A stretch of 64,000 nt of DNA from assembly GCA_050115495.1 (NCBI GenBank), contig JASFQK010000019.1:1-64000 (forward strand), written 5' to 3'. The stretch's first letter is position 1; each line of letters begins with the position of its first letter. The stretch comes from Phycisphaerae bacterium (lineage in GTDB: Bacteria > Planctomycetota > Phycisphaerae > UBA1845 > Fen-1342). A model generated the notes under the pieces. The model saw only the letters and a program-made list of their open reading frames with translations. It ran no database searches and had not been told where the DNA came from. The position numbers and the translations under genes were made by a program. Positions 39,380 to 49,411 of this stretch are shown here, piece after piece.

Positions 39380-40159
39380 ATGACGACGACACCGGGCATG
39401 GACGACAGGGACACGGACGGCGGGTCGTATCAGCCGGGCGGCTTCTGTCCGCATTGCGGCTATGCGATGGATGCCGGCCGCTGCCCCGAGTGCGGCCGCC
39501 TCGTCAGCGCGAGGCAACTGGACACGGTGCCCTTCGCCAGACGGCAACGCCGGCGGCGAAGGAGAATCGTCCTCGCGGCCAGCCTCATCGCTCTGCCGCT
39601 TCTGGCGTGGTACTCGTGGGAAGGCGTCGTGCCCTCGTTGTGGCGGTGGGCACCGACGAGCATGGCGATCGGCTCGTTCGCCCGAGGCAGCTGGGACGCC
39701 GGAGTGGAGGTCGCCGAGCGTTTCGTCGCCGGCAAGCTCAGCCAGGCAGAGGCCAACGCGTTCTTCGACGCCGCCCTGCGCGTTGAAGGGCCGGCCACGC
39801 TCTCGATGCTCGGCGACGATTCCGCGGAGTGGCGGCTCTCGATCCAACTGACGCAGAGGCTGCCAGACGTCGCGAGGCCGGGGTGGTCGTTGCACCTGAC
39901 GCACTGGGAGTTGCGCGCCGACAACGGTGTCGTGGCGGGCGAGGACGACGAGGTCGCTTCGTGGAGCACCAGGGCATCTCATGTGGCCTTCGGCCTCCAT
40001 GGCGTGGAGAGACTACCCGCCGACAGACCGATGGTCGTTCGGTTCACGCTGGAACTGCACTGCTCCGGCATGGCGTACCGTGGGGGCGCGGCGCCTCTGC
40101 ACGTCTGGAATCTGGACGTGCCGGCGACCGTGCCCCATCCGGCGTCCACTCAGCCGTGA
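39380..40159 (+). CDS. Zn-ribbon membrane protein (hypothetical)
   Basis: CPHCGY...RCPECG, Arg-rich stretch, one TM segment. GGAGG RBS. Confidence 0.75.
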   Translation: MTTTPGMDDRDTDGGSYQPGGFCPHCGYAMDAGRCPECGRLVSARQLDTVPFARRQRRRRRRIVLAASLIALPLLAWYSWEGVVPSLWRWAPTSMAIGSFARGSWDAGVEVAERFVAGKLSQAEANAFFDAALRVEGPATLSMLGDDSAEWRLSIQLTQRLPDVARPGWSLHLTHWELRADNGVVAGEDDEVASWSTRASHVAFGLHGVERLPADRPMVVRFTLELHCSGMAYRGGAAPLHVWNLDVPATVPHPASTQP

Positions 40160-40180
40160 GGGCGGGACGCCAGCCATCGT

Positions 40181-41722
40181 TCAGCGGTGGACGTCGATGG
40201 TCTTCTCCAGCTCGATTCGGCGGGACCAGGTGGCCGCTGAGGGGAGGGTGGCGGTTTCGTCGTCGTGCCACTCGCCTTTCCAGGCGGTGAGGTTGGGACC
40301 GACGGCGAAGTAGAGCACCGCGCGGACACGTAGCGGACCAGGCTGTGTGGGCGTGATGGAGGCCTGAATGCGCGATAGACCGCTGGCCACGAATTTGGCA
40401 TGCTCGCCGCGCTCCCGCTGCCCCAGCGGGGCAGGGTCGTCACCGAAGAAGAAGCCGCCGAAGTACACGGCCGGATCGAGGCCGAAGGGCGTGCGGCTGC
40501 GGCGGTAGGTTGAGCTAAGATGCACGTGCAGCGGCTCTCCCACCACGGCGGTCGCCGGAGCGTCGATCCGGACGTCGAGCATCTCGCCGTAGTAGCGCTC
40601 CGTAACGTCCGGAGGCAGCAGACTGGCGGACACCTGGCCCCACAACCAGCCGCCCTGGACCATATCGAGGTAGTCCTGTTCAAGTCGTTTGTCGAGCAGG
40701 CCGACCGCTAGCTGCCGTCGTTGCTCCGGCGACAGACGCCGGCCCAGCAGTTCGCTCCACTCTGCACGCGTGAAGCCGTCGTCGGCCACGGCGTCGTTGA
40801 TGAGCGCCCCGGTCGGAAGGGTGCGCAGCACCAAGCCGCGCACAGAAGCCGGTGACAGCATCATCAGGATCATCGGCAGCGCCGCCGCCGCCAGGAAGGC
40901 CACTGCCAACCACAGATGATGCGGCTGGCGGGATGGCTTCCCGATGATCATGCCGCCGGGGAGGCTCCAGTCCATGCCACACTCGGGGCAACGCCGGGGG
41001 TTCAGGCCGGAAGGCGCTTGCTGATAGCCGCAGGCCACGCAGTGCCGCGAGTTGCCGGTCCGGCGGCGATACCGGTTCAGGTAGATCAGCCCGGTGCACA
41101 GAAAGACCACCGCCAGCAACATCGGCCCATAGAGGAACAGCAGACCGGTGAGGCTGACACCGCCCAGCCAGTGCATCAGCAGAAACGCCACCGTGAAGAG
41201 GGCGACGCACAGGGCTACGGTGACCAGGATGTGCTCGCGGAGGATCGCCAGCAGACGCTGGAGACGCTGGTTCCATACCGGCGGCAACAGCGGCGGGGCC
41301 AGCCGCAACGGTGTGAACACGTAATTGAGCCAATAGGATGGTAGATCGGCCCGCACGTATGGGCGACGGCACTTGGGACACTTGCCCGCCGGCACGTCCT
41401 CCGGCACCGGTCGGCGGCAGCGGGGACAGATGTAGCCGTCGTGCTTCGGCACCTCACGCAACACGGTGCGCGCGATATGAAGGCGGCGTCCGAGCTGCGC
41501 GAAGATGATCGCCGGCACGACGACGCCCGTCGCGACTAACAGGAAAAGGAGTTCGTCTCTGCACGCGGCGGCCAGTGCCCCGCCCTTCCACGTGATGCCC
41601 CACACGAAGATGCCAACGGGTACGATGGCCCCCAACACGCGCCCGATGTAGCCCAACCACAGACGACGTATCCGCCGCTGTAAGCTCTGGGCCCAGATGT
41701 TGTCCGGATCGTGCCAGTTCAT
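40181..41722 (-). CDS. Multi-TM membrane protein with two Zn-ribbons (hypothetical)
   Basis: CPRC..CPKC and CVACGY..RCPECG, with about five TM segments. Confidence 0.75.
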   Translation of the reverse strand: MNWHDPDNIWAQSLQRRIRRLWLGYIGRVLGAIVPVGIFVWGITWKGGALAAACRDELLFLLVATGVVVPAIIFAQLGRRLHIARTVLREVPKHDGYICPRCRRPVPEDVPAGKCPKCRRPYVRADLPSYWLNYVFTPLRLAPPLLPPVWNQRLQRLLAILREHILVTVALCVALFTVAFLLMHWLGGVSLTGLLFLYGPMLLAVVFLCTGLIYLNRYRRRTGNSRHCVACGYQQAPSGLNPRRCPECGMDWSLPGGMIIGKPSRQPHHLWLAVAFLAAAALPMILMMLSPASVRGLVLRTLPTGALINDAVADDGFTRAEWSELLGRRLSPEQRRQLAVGLLDKRLEQDYLDMVQGGWLWGQVSASLLPPDVTERYYGEMLDVRIDAPATAVVGEPLHVHLSSTYRRSRTPFGLDPAVYFGGFFFGDDPAPLGQRERGEHAKFVASGLSRIQASITPTQPGPLRVRAVLYFAVGPNLTAWKGEWHDDETATLPSAATWSRRIELEKTIDVHR

Positions 41723-41956
41723 ACGTCTATCCCCCTGGAGACCCGGTGTACCCACGGGCCGCGGCACCGCCCCGCGTTCCCCAGAGGCCGTCATCCTACT
41801 CGTTTGCCGGCTGCCCCGCCGCCCCGCAAGTCGCCCCCGGCAGAAAGCGTGCCCGACCGCCGGCCCGCCGGTACAGCCCCCCCGGCCCGTCCCGGAGAAC
41901 TTCGTCGGGTTCGACGTTTCGCGGCTTGGTGTGGCCTGGGGCGGTCGGCTACGCGG

Positions 41957-42367
41957 TCACAACGGCAATTCGGGCTCGATGCGTTGCTGGCCCAGCAACT
42001 CCTTGACGGTGTCCACCAGCCGCGCCGTATCCACCGGTTTGTCCAGGAACACATCCACCGGCAAGTACGTGGCGTCCACGGCGAACCGGTACGGCACGTG
42101 CTTCTGCTCATGAATCGCCGACAGGATCACCAGCGGCAGCTTCGTCAGCTTCAACTCCTCCCGTATCGCCCGCGCGACTGCGAACCCCTCGTAGTCACTC
42201 GGCATCATCACGTCCAGAACCACCAGGTCCGGCGAGGTCGACTTCACCTTGGCCAACCCCTCATCCGCGTTCGAGGCCACTTCCACCTCGAACTGCGCCT
42301 TCTCCAACATGAGCCGGACCGCATCCTGAAAGTCCGGATCGTCATCGATCACGAGTACCTTCGCCAT
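41957..42367 (-). CDS. Single-domain response regulator
   Basis: VIDDD, LDVMMP, LSA, KP. GGAG RBS. Confidence 0.92.
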   Translation of the reverse strand: MAKVLVIDDDPDFQDAVRLMLEKAQFEVEVASNADEGLAKVKSTSPDLVVLDVMMPSDYEGFAVARAIREELKLTKLPLVILSAIHEQKHVPYRFAVDATYLPVDVFLDKPVDTARLVDTVKELLGQQRIEPELPL

Positions 42368-42392
42368 GGTGCTGCTCCCATCGAACGACTGG

Positions 42393-43739
42393 TCAGCCGT
42401 GCTGTCGCATCTGGCTGATGGCCATTTCCGCCAGGTTGACCAGCGGATAAGCGACCGGGGACGCCGTCAACGCCGGATGTGTGCCGATCTGGAACGTGGC
42501 GATGTCTTCCACGGTCATGCGCATCTGTACACAGGCGGAGGCGGCGTTGATCATCTCCCCGATGGCGGGATCGCCGCGCACCTGGGCGCCCAGAATCACG
42601 CCGGAGTTCCGCTCGAAGACGGCCTTCATCTTCACCTGCGTGGCGCCGGGCATGCCGCCGGGATGGCGGTTCGGGCCCTGGATGGTCGCCGTCACGACGT
42701 CGTAGCCGCGCTGGCGGGCCATGGCCTCGGTCAGGCCGGCGGTTCCCAGGGCCAAGTCGCCGACGCACGTCGACCATACGCCGACGGTCCCGTTGTTCTG
42801 CCGCTTGATCCCGAAGAGGTTCGCCCCGGCGATGCGGGCCTCCGTTTGCGCGATGGAGGCCAGCTTCAACGTCGAGTGCCGACCGCCGAAGAAGGAGATC
42901 TTCTCCGCGCAATCCCCGCAGGCGAACACGGCGGCGTCGGAGGTCATCATTGTCTGGTCCACGGCGATGCCCCCGGTCAGACCGATGCGCAGGCCGGCCT
43001 TCCGGGCCAGGTCGACGTTCGGCACGGCGCCGATGCCGACGATGACCGTGTCGGCCTCGATCCGCGATCCGTCGGACAGCAGCACGGCCTCGGCCCGGCC
43101 CTGCCCCTCGATCGACTCGACGCGGGCGGAGGTCCTGATGGCGATGCCGCGCTTCGTCAGCAGCTCCTCCATCTCGACGCAGAACTCGTCATCGTACGCC
43201 AAGCTGAGGCAATGGGGCATCATCTCCACGACCGTGATGCGGGCCTTACCCAGCTTGTGGATCTCATCGGCGAACTCGATGCCGATGAAGCCACCGCCGA
43301 TGATCACGACGTTCTCGGCCGTCTTCAGGCGGGTCAGCAGGCTCCCGAGGTACGCCATGTCCTTCTGAATGGCGAATACGCCGTCCTTCTCGAAGCCCGG
43401 TACGGGGGGCATCGCCGGCAACGACCCGCTGGCCAGGATCAAGCGCTCGTACCGCACGTCTCCCTCAGAGGTGTGCAGCGTCTTGTCCGCCACGTTGAGC
43501 TGCTCGACCTCGGCCAGGAGCAGGTCGATGCGATTGGCCTGGTATGGGGCGTCGGGCATCACGTTCTTCGCCGGGTCTCCGAGCGTCCCGAATACGTAGG
43601 GAATCCCGCAGGGGACCGGTACCTGCTTCTCTCGCCGGATTACCAGCACGCGTTTGTCGGGGTGATGACGACGCGCCGTGACCGCCGCCGTCAGGCCAGC
43701 CGCACTGCCGCCGAGAACCACCACGTCTGTTTCTTTCAT
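42393..43739 (-). CDS. FAD-dependent pyridine nucleotide-disulfide oxidoreductase (CoA-disulfide reductase/NADH oxidase family)
   Basis: GGSAAG, PCGIPY redox Cys, ASG, GGGFIGIE, FACGDC, C-terminal dimerisation region. Confidence 0.9.
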   Translation of the reverse strand: MKETDVVVLGGSAAGLTAAVTARRHHPDKRVLVIRREKQVPVPCGIPYVFGTLGDPAKNVMPDAPYQANRIDLLLAEVEQLNVADKTLHTSEGDVRYERLILASGSLPAMPPVPGFEKDGVFAIQKDMAYLGSLLTRLKTAENVVIIGGGFIGIEFADEIHKLGKARITVVEMMPHCLSLAYDDEFCVEMEELLTKRGIAIRTSARVESIEGQGRAEAVLLSDGSRIEADTVIVGIGAVPNVDLARKAGLRIGLTGGIAVDQTMMTSDAAVFACGDCAEKISFFGGRHSTLKLASIAQTEARIAGANLFGIKRQNNGTVGVWSTCVGDLALGTAGLTEAMARQRGYDVVTATIQGPNRHPGGMPGATQVKMKAVFERNSGVILGAQVRGDPAIGEMINAASACVQMRMTVEDIATFQIGTHPALTASPVAYPLVNLAEMAISQMRQHG

Positions 43740-44506
43740 CCGCCTTGCTCCATACGGGTCCAATCGGTGTGATCAATCCTCACGTTCGCGTGCGGCTCAT
43801 CGTTGCGCACACTTCCACCCCTAACGTTGACCGACGAATCGCCCGTCAACGCGGCGGCGCTGCCCGCGGTGTCCCTCAATGGACGGACACACGCGTGTTG
43901 CGCACGCGCTGCAGCGCTGCCTGGCCTCTCATACGCGACGACGACTCTCGCCCCGCCTAGCGCCAGCCGGCGCGCCCGGTCGACGAGGCAGGTGTTCCGT
44001 GAGTGGCTGTCGCCATTCGCGGGATTTCGCCTCGTACGCATCCGAGCACGCGCCACCTTAGCAGCGATGCCATGCCGCAGTCAAGGGCGCGGTTTCCCCT
44101 GATAGGGCGTGTTGCGACCACCGCCGCCGTTCTGTGGCGTGCACAACTGCCCGCGCGTGACCGTACGCGGCGACGATCGTATCGTGTCCCGGTTGCACCG
44201 AGCGCGGCCAGCGGTCGGGGATAAGAGCCGTCCAGCCGGTTGGACAGCGGTTGCGGGAGTTGTACAATGCTACAGTCGTTGTCACCGGGAGGGTTCGGGC
44301 CATGTCTCGGCGACGCCCCAACTTGATGACTTCGCGCGGTGCGCAGCACCATGACCAGCCACGCCGCGCCACGAGGGGCACCGGCGGAATCGGGGAAGTA
44401 CCAGTCCGGGTGTAGATCCGCACGCCGCAGCCGCGGCCTCGCCCTCCATGACGCAGTTTGCCGGCAATGCGAACACGGCCACACGCGCCGTGCGGAGGAT
44501 GCACGC

Positions 44507-46117
44507 ATGCCAGACGCAACGGAAGAGAAGAAACTGCTGACGGAGCCGATCGGGGTGGCCATGTCCGGTGGCGGATACCGGGCGGCCGCGTTTCACTTGG
44601 GCACGCTGTCGTACTTGCACGATCTGCGCGACGCCGACCTGCTGCCCCCCGTCGCCATGATCTCGACCGTCTCGGGCGGAACGTTCACCGGCGTGCGCTA
44701 CGCCCTGGCCCTGGCGAAAAGCGAGCCGTTCCCGGCGTTCTTCACCAGCTTCTACACGTACCTCCAGGGGTCGAACCTGTTCAGGAAAGCCATGGACCGG
44801 CTGAGTCGCGGAGACCTCGGCCCGGGCGAGAAGCGCCGCGACATCATCGTTGCCCTGGCCGAAGTCTATTCGACCGACTTCCTCGCCGACGAGCACGGAC
44901 AGCCGTACCAGTTCGAGAAGATCCAGACCGCCCAGACCGCGTTGCGGGCGGCGATCTTCAATGCGACCGAGTTCCGCCAGGGCGGCGCGTTCCGTTTCCA
45001 GAGCGCGCCCGGAACACAGGCCCGCATCGGCAACCGCTACGTCAACATTCCGAAGGATGAGGCGGGCCACATTCGCCTGGGCGACATCGTGGCCGCCTCA
45101 TCGTGCTTCCCCGGCGGGTTCGAGCCAATCGCCTTTCCGGATGACTTCGGCTGGCCCGAAGGGAAGATTCCGCCCGCCGTGCGCCAGCGTTTCCCGAAAC
45201 CCGTCGCGCTGATGGATGGCGGCATCTACGACAACCAGGGCATCGAGAGTCTCCTGTACGCCGACGACCGTGACCCCGCGGATCTCGGTCTGTTCATCAT
45301 CTCCGACGTGGATCGGCAACCGGAGGACATCTACCCGATGCCACCCGACGTGCAGCTCGGCAAGCTGGGGGACACGCCCCTCGGTAGGCTCCACCGGCTG
45401 GCGTGGGTCTGGATGCTCGCCTGCCTGATAACGGCGTGCGTCGTGGGCGTGCAGTTGGCAACAGCCGAGCACTTCACCGTCTGGAACTACTTCTCGCACG
45501 TGGTGCCGCTGATCCTCGCCCTCGCCACCGCGGGGCTGCTCATCGCCGGTCTGTGGGTCTCCCGCCGGATCGGCGAGCGGATGCGGACGAGCGTCAAGCT
45601 GGAGTGGCGTGATTTCCGAAAGATCACGCTGGGCCAGGCCGTCACGATGCTCTACCTCCGCGGCACGTCGCTCCTGGCCATGGCCCAGGCCGTGTTCATG
45701 CACCGCATCCGTCAACTCGTCTACGGGCTCGTGTACAAGGACGATCGCTACAAGGACAAGCGCGTGTCCTGCCTGGTGTACGGCTTGCAGAAGCCGGCGA
45801 AAGAGCTGGCGGGCCTGGTGCCGCCGCCGTCGGAGAAGCTCGGCCGGGTCGTCAAAGCGGCGGTTGAGATGCCGACGACGTTGTGGTTCTGCGATCCGCA
45901 TGAGCTGCCGTGCCTGGTCGCCTGCGGGCAAGCTACGTTGTGCTACAACCTGATGAAGTGGGTCGTGCGGCAATATGGCGGCGACCCGGCGGCGCTCGCC
46001 GATCCGCCGGTCGGACCGCTGTTGGAGCGACTGAAGACGGACTGGCAGGCGCTGAACGCCGACCCGTACGCCCTGCTCCGCCGGCAGATGCCCGACGCCA
46101 CGCTGGCGGAGCCTTAA
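44507..46117 (+). CDS. Patatin-like phospholipase with internal TM segments
   Basis: SGGGYRA, STVSGG nucleophile elbow, AASSCFPG, DGGIYDNQG. GGAGG RBS. Confidence 0.9.
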   Translation: MPDATEEKKLLTEPIGVAMSGGGYRAAAFHLGTLSYLHDLRDADLLPPVAMISTVSGGTFTGVRYALALAKSEPFPAFFTSFYTYLQGSNLFRKAMDRLSRGDLGPGEKRRDIIVALAEVYSTDFLADEHGQPYQFEKIQTAQTALRAAIFNATEFRQGGAFRFQSAPGTQARIGNRYVNIPKDEAGHIRLGDIVAASSCFPGGFEPIAFPDDFGWPEGKIPPAVRQRFPKPVALMDGGIYDNQGIESLLYADDRDPADLGLFIISDVDRQPEDIYPMPPDVQLGKLGDTPLGRLHRLAWVWMLACLITACVVGVQLATAEHFTVWNYFSHVVPLILALATAGLLIAGLWVSRRIGERMRTSVKLEWRDFRKITLGQAVTMLYLRGTSLLAMAQAVFMHRIRQLVYGLVYKDDRYKDKRVSCLVYGLQKPAKELAGLVPPPSEKLGRVVKAAVEMPTTLWFCDPHELPCLVACGQATLCYNLMKWVVRQYGGDPAALADPPVGPLLERLKTDWQALNADPYALLRRQMPDATLAEP

Positions 46118-46162
46118 GCCGCCCGTCCACTGGTAACCACACGCCGTGAAGGAGATATACGC

Positions 46163-46738
46163 ATGGCACTGGGGCTTTTCAGCGACATGATTGACGCTCT
46201 CGGCAACGTCGTGGGCAAGTTGAAGTCCATCGCCACGTTTCCGAAGGCACAGCGCGAGGCGATCCGCCAGCCGTTGGACGAGACCTGCCGTCTGATCGAT
46301 ACAACGCTCAACATGGTGATCATCCGGCTGGGCGACATCCTGCTGGAAAGCCAGGACGAAGTCCTGCTCAAGGAGGCCGCCCGGCTAGACAACTTCGAGG
46401 CGTGGATGAACGCCGAACGCGAGTTCCGGCTGTGCCGCAGCCTGCGTGTGGCGGAGCGTGAGATGACAACGCTGGCCGGCAAAGTCGGCGGCGCGATCAG
46501 CACGAAGGACTGGGAAGCGTTACTGGAGCACGTGCGGACCGTCCTCGCCGCCGAGGACCACGTCGCGGTGTTCATCTGCCGGCAGTTCGAGCGGTTGGCT
46601 GGTGACGCCGGTGACGCCAACCCGGGGACCCAGGCAGCGCGGGAGGTGCGCGACACGCTGACCGCGTTCCGCGCCGCCCTGGTCAGCGAGCGGCAAGCGC
46701 TCATCCAGCATGAACGGGCCCTCTACGACGTCATCTGA
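46163..46738 (+). CDS. Hypothetical alpha-helical protein
   Basis: GAAGGAGA RBS, typical codon usage, no recognisable motif. Confidence 0.75.
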   Translation: MALGLFSDMIDALGNVVGKLKSIATFPKAQREAIRQPLDETCRLIDTTLNMVIIRLGDILLESQDEVLLKEAARLDNFEAWMNAEREFRLCRSLRVAEREMTTLAGKVGGAISTKDWEALLEHVRTVLAAEDHVAVFICRQFERLAGDAGDANPGTQAAREVRDTLTAFRAALVSERQALIQHERALYDVI

Positions 46739-46867
46739 CCGCCGGCTCGGCGGCCGATCATCCAGGGGGAGCGCGTGACCCGACCGGGCCCCCGCCCGCC
46801 AGCGGCCAGCCACGTCAGCAGTCCCCGAAAACCGCGCCGCCCCTGCACCGGCCGCCCGGGTCATCCG

Positions 46868-46873
46868 TATAAT
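46868..46873 (+). promoter_or_regulatory. Possible -10 element for the lipoprotein/rSAM operon
   Basis: Perfect TATAAT in a GC-rich intergenic region 50 bp upstream of the first paralog. No clear -35. Confidence 0.4.
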
Positions 46874-46923
46874 GGGACATACCGGCTGAGGGGTCGTCGC
46901 TGCATACATACGGAGACGTGCGG

Positions 46924-47841
46924 ATGGCGAGCTTGGACTGCAAACGGTCGCTTAACGCCCGCCAGCCGGGGTACCCCACCAAACTCCAAGTGCTCGGCCG
47001 CCCCCAACTCCTGGCGAGGCACGTACCGCGGACATGGTTGTCTCGCCATGAGATCACGGCGGCGATGGGTCTGCTATTGGCCGGTAGCTCCGGCGGATGC
47101 CGGGATGGCGCGGGGCCGCCGACCGGAGATAATCCCGCCAAACAGCCGGCGGTCGCCTCGCCGATCTGGCCACACGGCGACGGCCTTGCGGAGCTGTACG
47201 CCGGCTGGCTCGGCGCTCCCCCCATCGCGGTGTACCTGACCGAGGATCAGAGCCTGGAGATCATCCGCGAGGAACTGGCCCGCGGCGGAGTACATCTGGC
47301 GCCGCCGGGAACCTCGCCGCCCACGATTCACGTTCCCTATGTTCGCTGGACGACCGAGCACGAGTGGGTGTCCGAGGACTTCAGATGCGTACCGGCCGAG
47401 GCGCGCTTGCCCTTTGCGCTGGATCTGGCCAGCGAGCAACCGGCGATCTACGTGGAATACATCTCCCAGGAGGACTACCTGCCACAAAACGAGAACGCGG
47501 CGTTAGGGTATGTTGGGCAGGATCTCCAAGGCTTCGCCGGGATCGTGGCTCGCGAGGTCGAACGCCAGTGTAGCGGCGCGTACTGCGGCGTCTTCTACGA
47601 CCCGGTGATCTATCGCGACGACCGCTTCTTCTCCGGTCGCGAGCCGCCGGAGGAGCTTCTCCAGGCGATGAAGGAAGCTCAGACGGAGGCGCAGCGCGAG
47701 GAAGTCTACGAGATGGCCTGCGAGTATACCGACCGTGCCAACAAAGCCGACGAAGAGCGTGCCCGTGGCGAGTCCGCGGAGCTCCTCCGTCAACAAGTCC
47801 GTGACTTCGTCGAGTGGCTCAAGGGGCAGGGGGTGATCTAG
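46924..47841 (+). CDS. rSAM-associated putative lipoprotein, paralog 1
   Basis: GGAG RBS, PGYPT leader, SGGC, PIWPHGDG, LTEDQSLEIIREEL, GVFYDP, LLRQQVRDFVEWLKGQGVI*. Confidence 0.85.
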   Translation: MASLDCKRSLNARQPGYPTKLQVLGRPQLLARHVPRTWLSRHEITAAMGLLLAGSSGGCRDGAGPPTGDNPAKQPAVASPIWPHGDGLAELYAGWLGAPPIAVYLTEDQSLEIIREELARGGVHLAPPGTSPPTIHVPYVRWTTEHEWVSEDFRCVPAEARLPFALDLASEQPAIYVEYISQEDYLPQNENAALGYVGQDLQGFAGIVAREVERQCSGAYCGVFYDPVIYRDDRFFSGREPPEELLQAMKEAQTEAQREEVYEMACEYTDRANKADEERARGESAELLRQQVRDFVEWLKGQGVI

Positions 47842-48617
47842 TGGCGTGCACGCTTCCATGTCGGCCACAACAGCGTGCGGCGCCGTGGGCGCGGAAGGTG
47901 ATCGGTGCGCTCCTGGCGGCGGCGAGCGTCGCTCTGGTCGCCGGTTGCGGGGATTCGGACTCGGCGACGCACAAGGCAGCAGTGGTGGCCCCGGTTTTCA
48001 AGCATGGGGAGGGCTTGGACGTTTGCCGCTGCTCACCTTTCACTGCGTCCATCGTCCTCTCCGAGGACGATGCCCTTCTCATCATCGCCGAAGAACTGCG
48101 GCTGCACGGCGTCGCGCTGTCCAAGCGCAGCGTCGAGATGCCGTCCGTCATTGTGTCGCGGCGCGAGCGTCGACCAGGATACGAGTGGACGTCCGGCCGT
48201 GCAAGCGGCCACTTCGTCCGCTTCGACGCACCCCTGGAATTCGATGGCGTAGACGCTGAGCGGCGTGTGGCAGTTGAGTTCGTCTCCTGTGGCGACTACG
48301 ACGGTCTAGCCGGCCCCTGGTTCAACGAAGACCCCTATGTCTGGACCGGGCCGGGCGAACTGCAGCGGGCCGCCGGCTACGTCGCGGACTGCGTGCGCGG
48401 GCAACCGGAGACCGTCTACTTCGGCGTGTTCTACGACCCGCTGGAGTGCCCGCTGGACTATGACGAGTTCTCGCGCCGCCACGGTACCGCCGGCCCCGGC
48501 CGCCCCGAGCCGTCGTGGGACGAGGTCGAACAGGAAGCCAGGGAACGGTCTGTGGAGCTCCTGCGCCAGCAGGTACGCGACTTCGTCGAGTGGCTCCAGG
48601 GTCAGGGGGTGATCTAG
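47841..48617 (+). CDS. rSAM-associated putative lipoprotein, paralog 2
   Basis: GTG overlaps the TAG of paralog 1. LVAGC lipobox, VAPVFKHGEG, GVFYDP, LLRQQVRDFVEWLQGQGVI*. Confidence 0.85.
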   Translation: MACTLPCRPQQRAAPWARKVIGALLAAASVALVAGCGDSDSATHKAAVVAPVFKHGEGLDVCRCSPFTASIVLSEDDALLIIAEELRLHGVALSKRSVEMPSVIVSRRERRPGYEWTSGRASGHFVRFDAPLEFDGVDAERRVAVEFVSCGDYDGLAGPWFNEDPYVWTGPGELQRAAGYVADCVRGQPETVYFGVFYDPLECPLDYDEFSRRHGTAGPGRPEPSWDEVEQEARERSVELLRQQVRDFVEWLQGQGVI

Positions 48618-49411
48618 TGGCTTATGCCCTTTCATGCCGGCCGCAACGATACGCGGCGCCGTGGGTGCGGAAGATGATCGGTGCGCTCCTGGCGGCGGCG
48701 AGCGCCGCTCTGGTCGCCGGTTGCGGCGATTCGGGCTCGGCGACGCGTGCCGCGACGCAGCCGGCGACGAACCACGCGGCGGTGGTGGCTCCGCTGTTCG
48801 AGCATGGCGAAGGTCGCACCATCGACCTATCGGCCCCCCTATCAGAAGATGAGGCCTTCCAAATCATCAGCGAGGAGTTGCGGCAGCACGGTGTCTTCCT
48901 CACTGCGCGTAACATCGAGTTGCCGTCGATCCTCGTGGAGCGGCGTGAGTACCAGGAGAAGTATGACTGGATCTCCGGGCTGTCCTCGACCGGGTACGTG
49001 TATTTCAACACGCCTTTGAGCGCCGATGGAATGGACCCGAATCGACGGGTGGCGGTCGAGTTCGCATCGGCCGACGATGTCTATGGACTTGCCGGTCCCT
49101 GGCGGCAGCAGATGGCGCGGTCCTCGGTGATCAGGTACGAACTGAAGCCAGTCGCCCGCTACGTGGCAGATCACGCCCGCGGGCGGCCGGCGGGGGTCTA
49201 CTTCGGCGTGTTCTACGACCCGTTGGAGGGCCACTTCGACTACGACGAGTTCGATCGACGCTGCAAGGCAATCGGCGCCCTGCCCTCCAGCATGCAGGCG
49301 ATGCAGATCCAGATGATGTTGGAGCGCGAAGTCAAGAACCGATCTGTGCCTTTCCTCCGTCAGCAGGTTCGCGATTTCGTTGAATGGCTCAAGGGCCAGG
49401 GGGTGATCTGA
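48617..49411 (+). CDS. rSAM-associated putative lipoprotein, paralog 3
   Basis: TAGTG overlap. LVAGC, VAPLFEHGEG, GVFYDP, FLRQQVRDFVEWLKGQGVI*. Confidence 0.85.
   Translation: MAYALSCRPQRYAAPWVRKMIGALLAAASAALVAGCGDSGSATRAATQPATNHAAVVAPLFEHGEGRTIDLSAPLSEDEAFQIISEELRQHGVFLTARNIELPSILVERREYQEKYDWISGLSSTGYVYFNTPLSADGMDPNRRVAVEFASADDVYGLAGPWRQQMARSSVIRYELKPVARYVADHARGRPAGVYFGVFYDPLEGHFDYDEFDRRCKAIGALPSSMQAMQIQMMLEREVKNRSVPFLRQQVRDFVEWLKGQGVI

Noticed and set aside
43768..43784. TGTGA-N7-TCACG upstream of the CoA-disulfide reductase-like gene as a Rex/CRP-type site
   Set aside because: The spacer is one base too long for the consensus, it is a single imperfect copy, and chance cannot be excluded.
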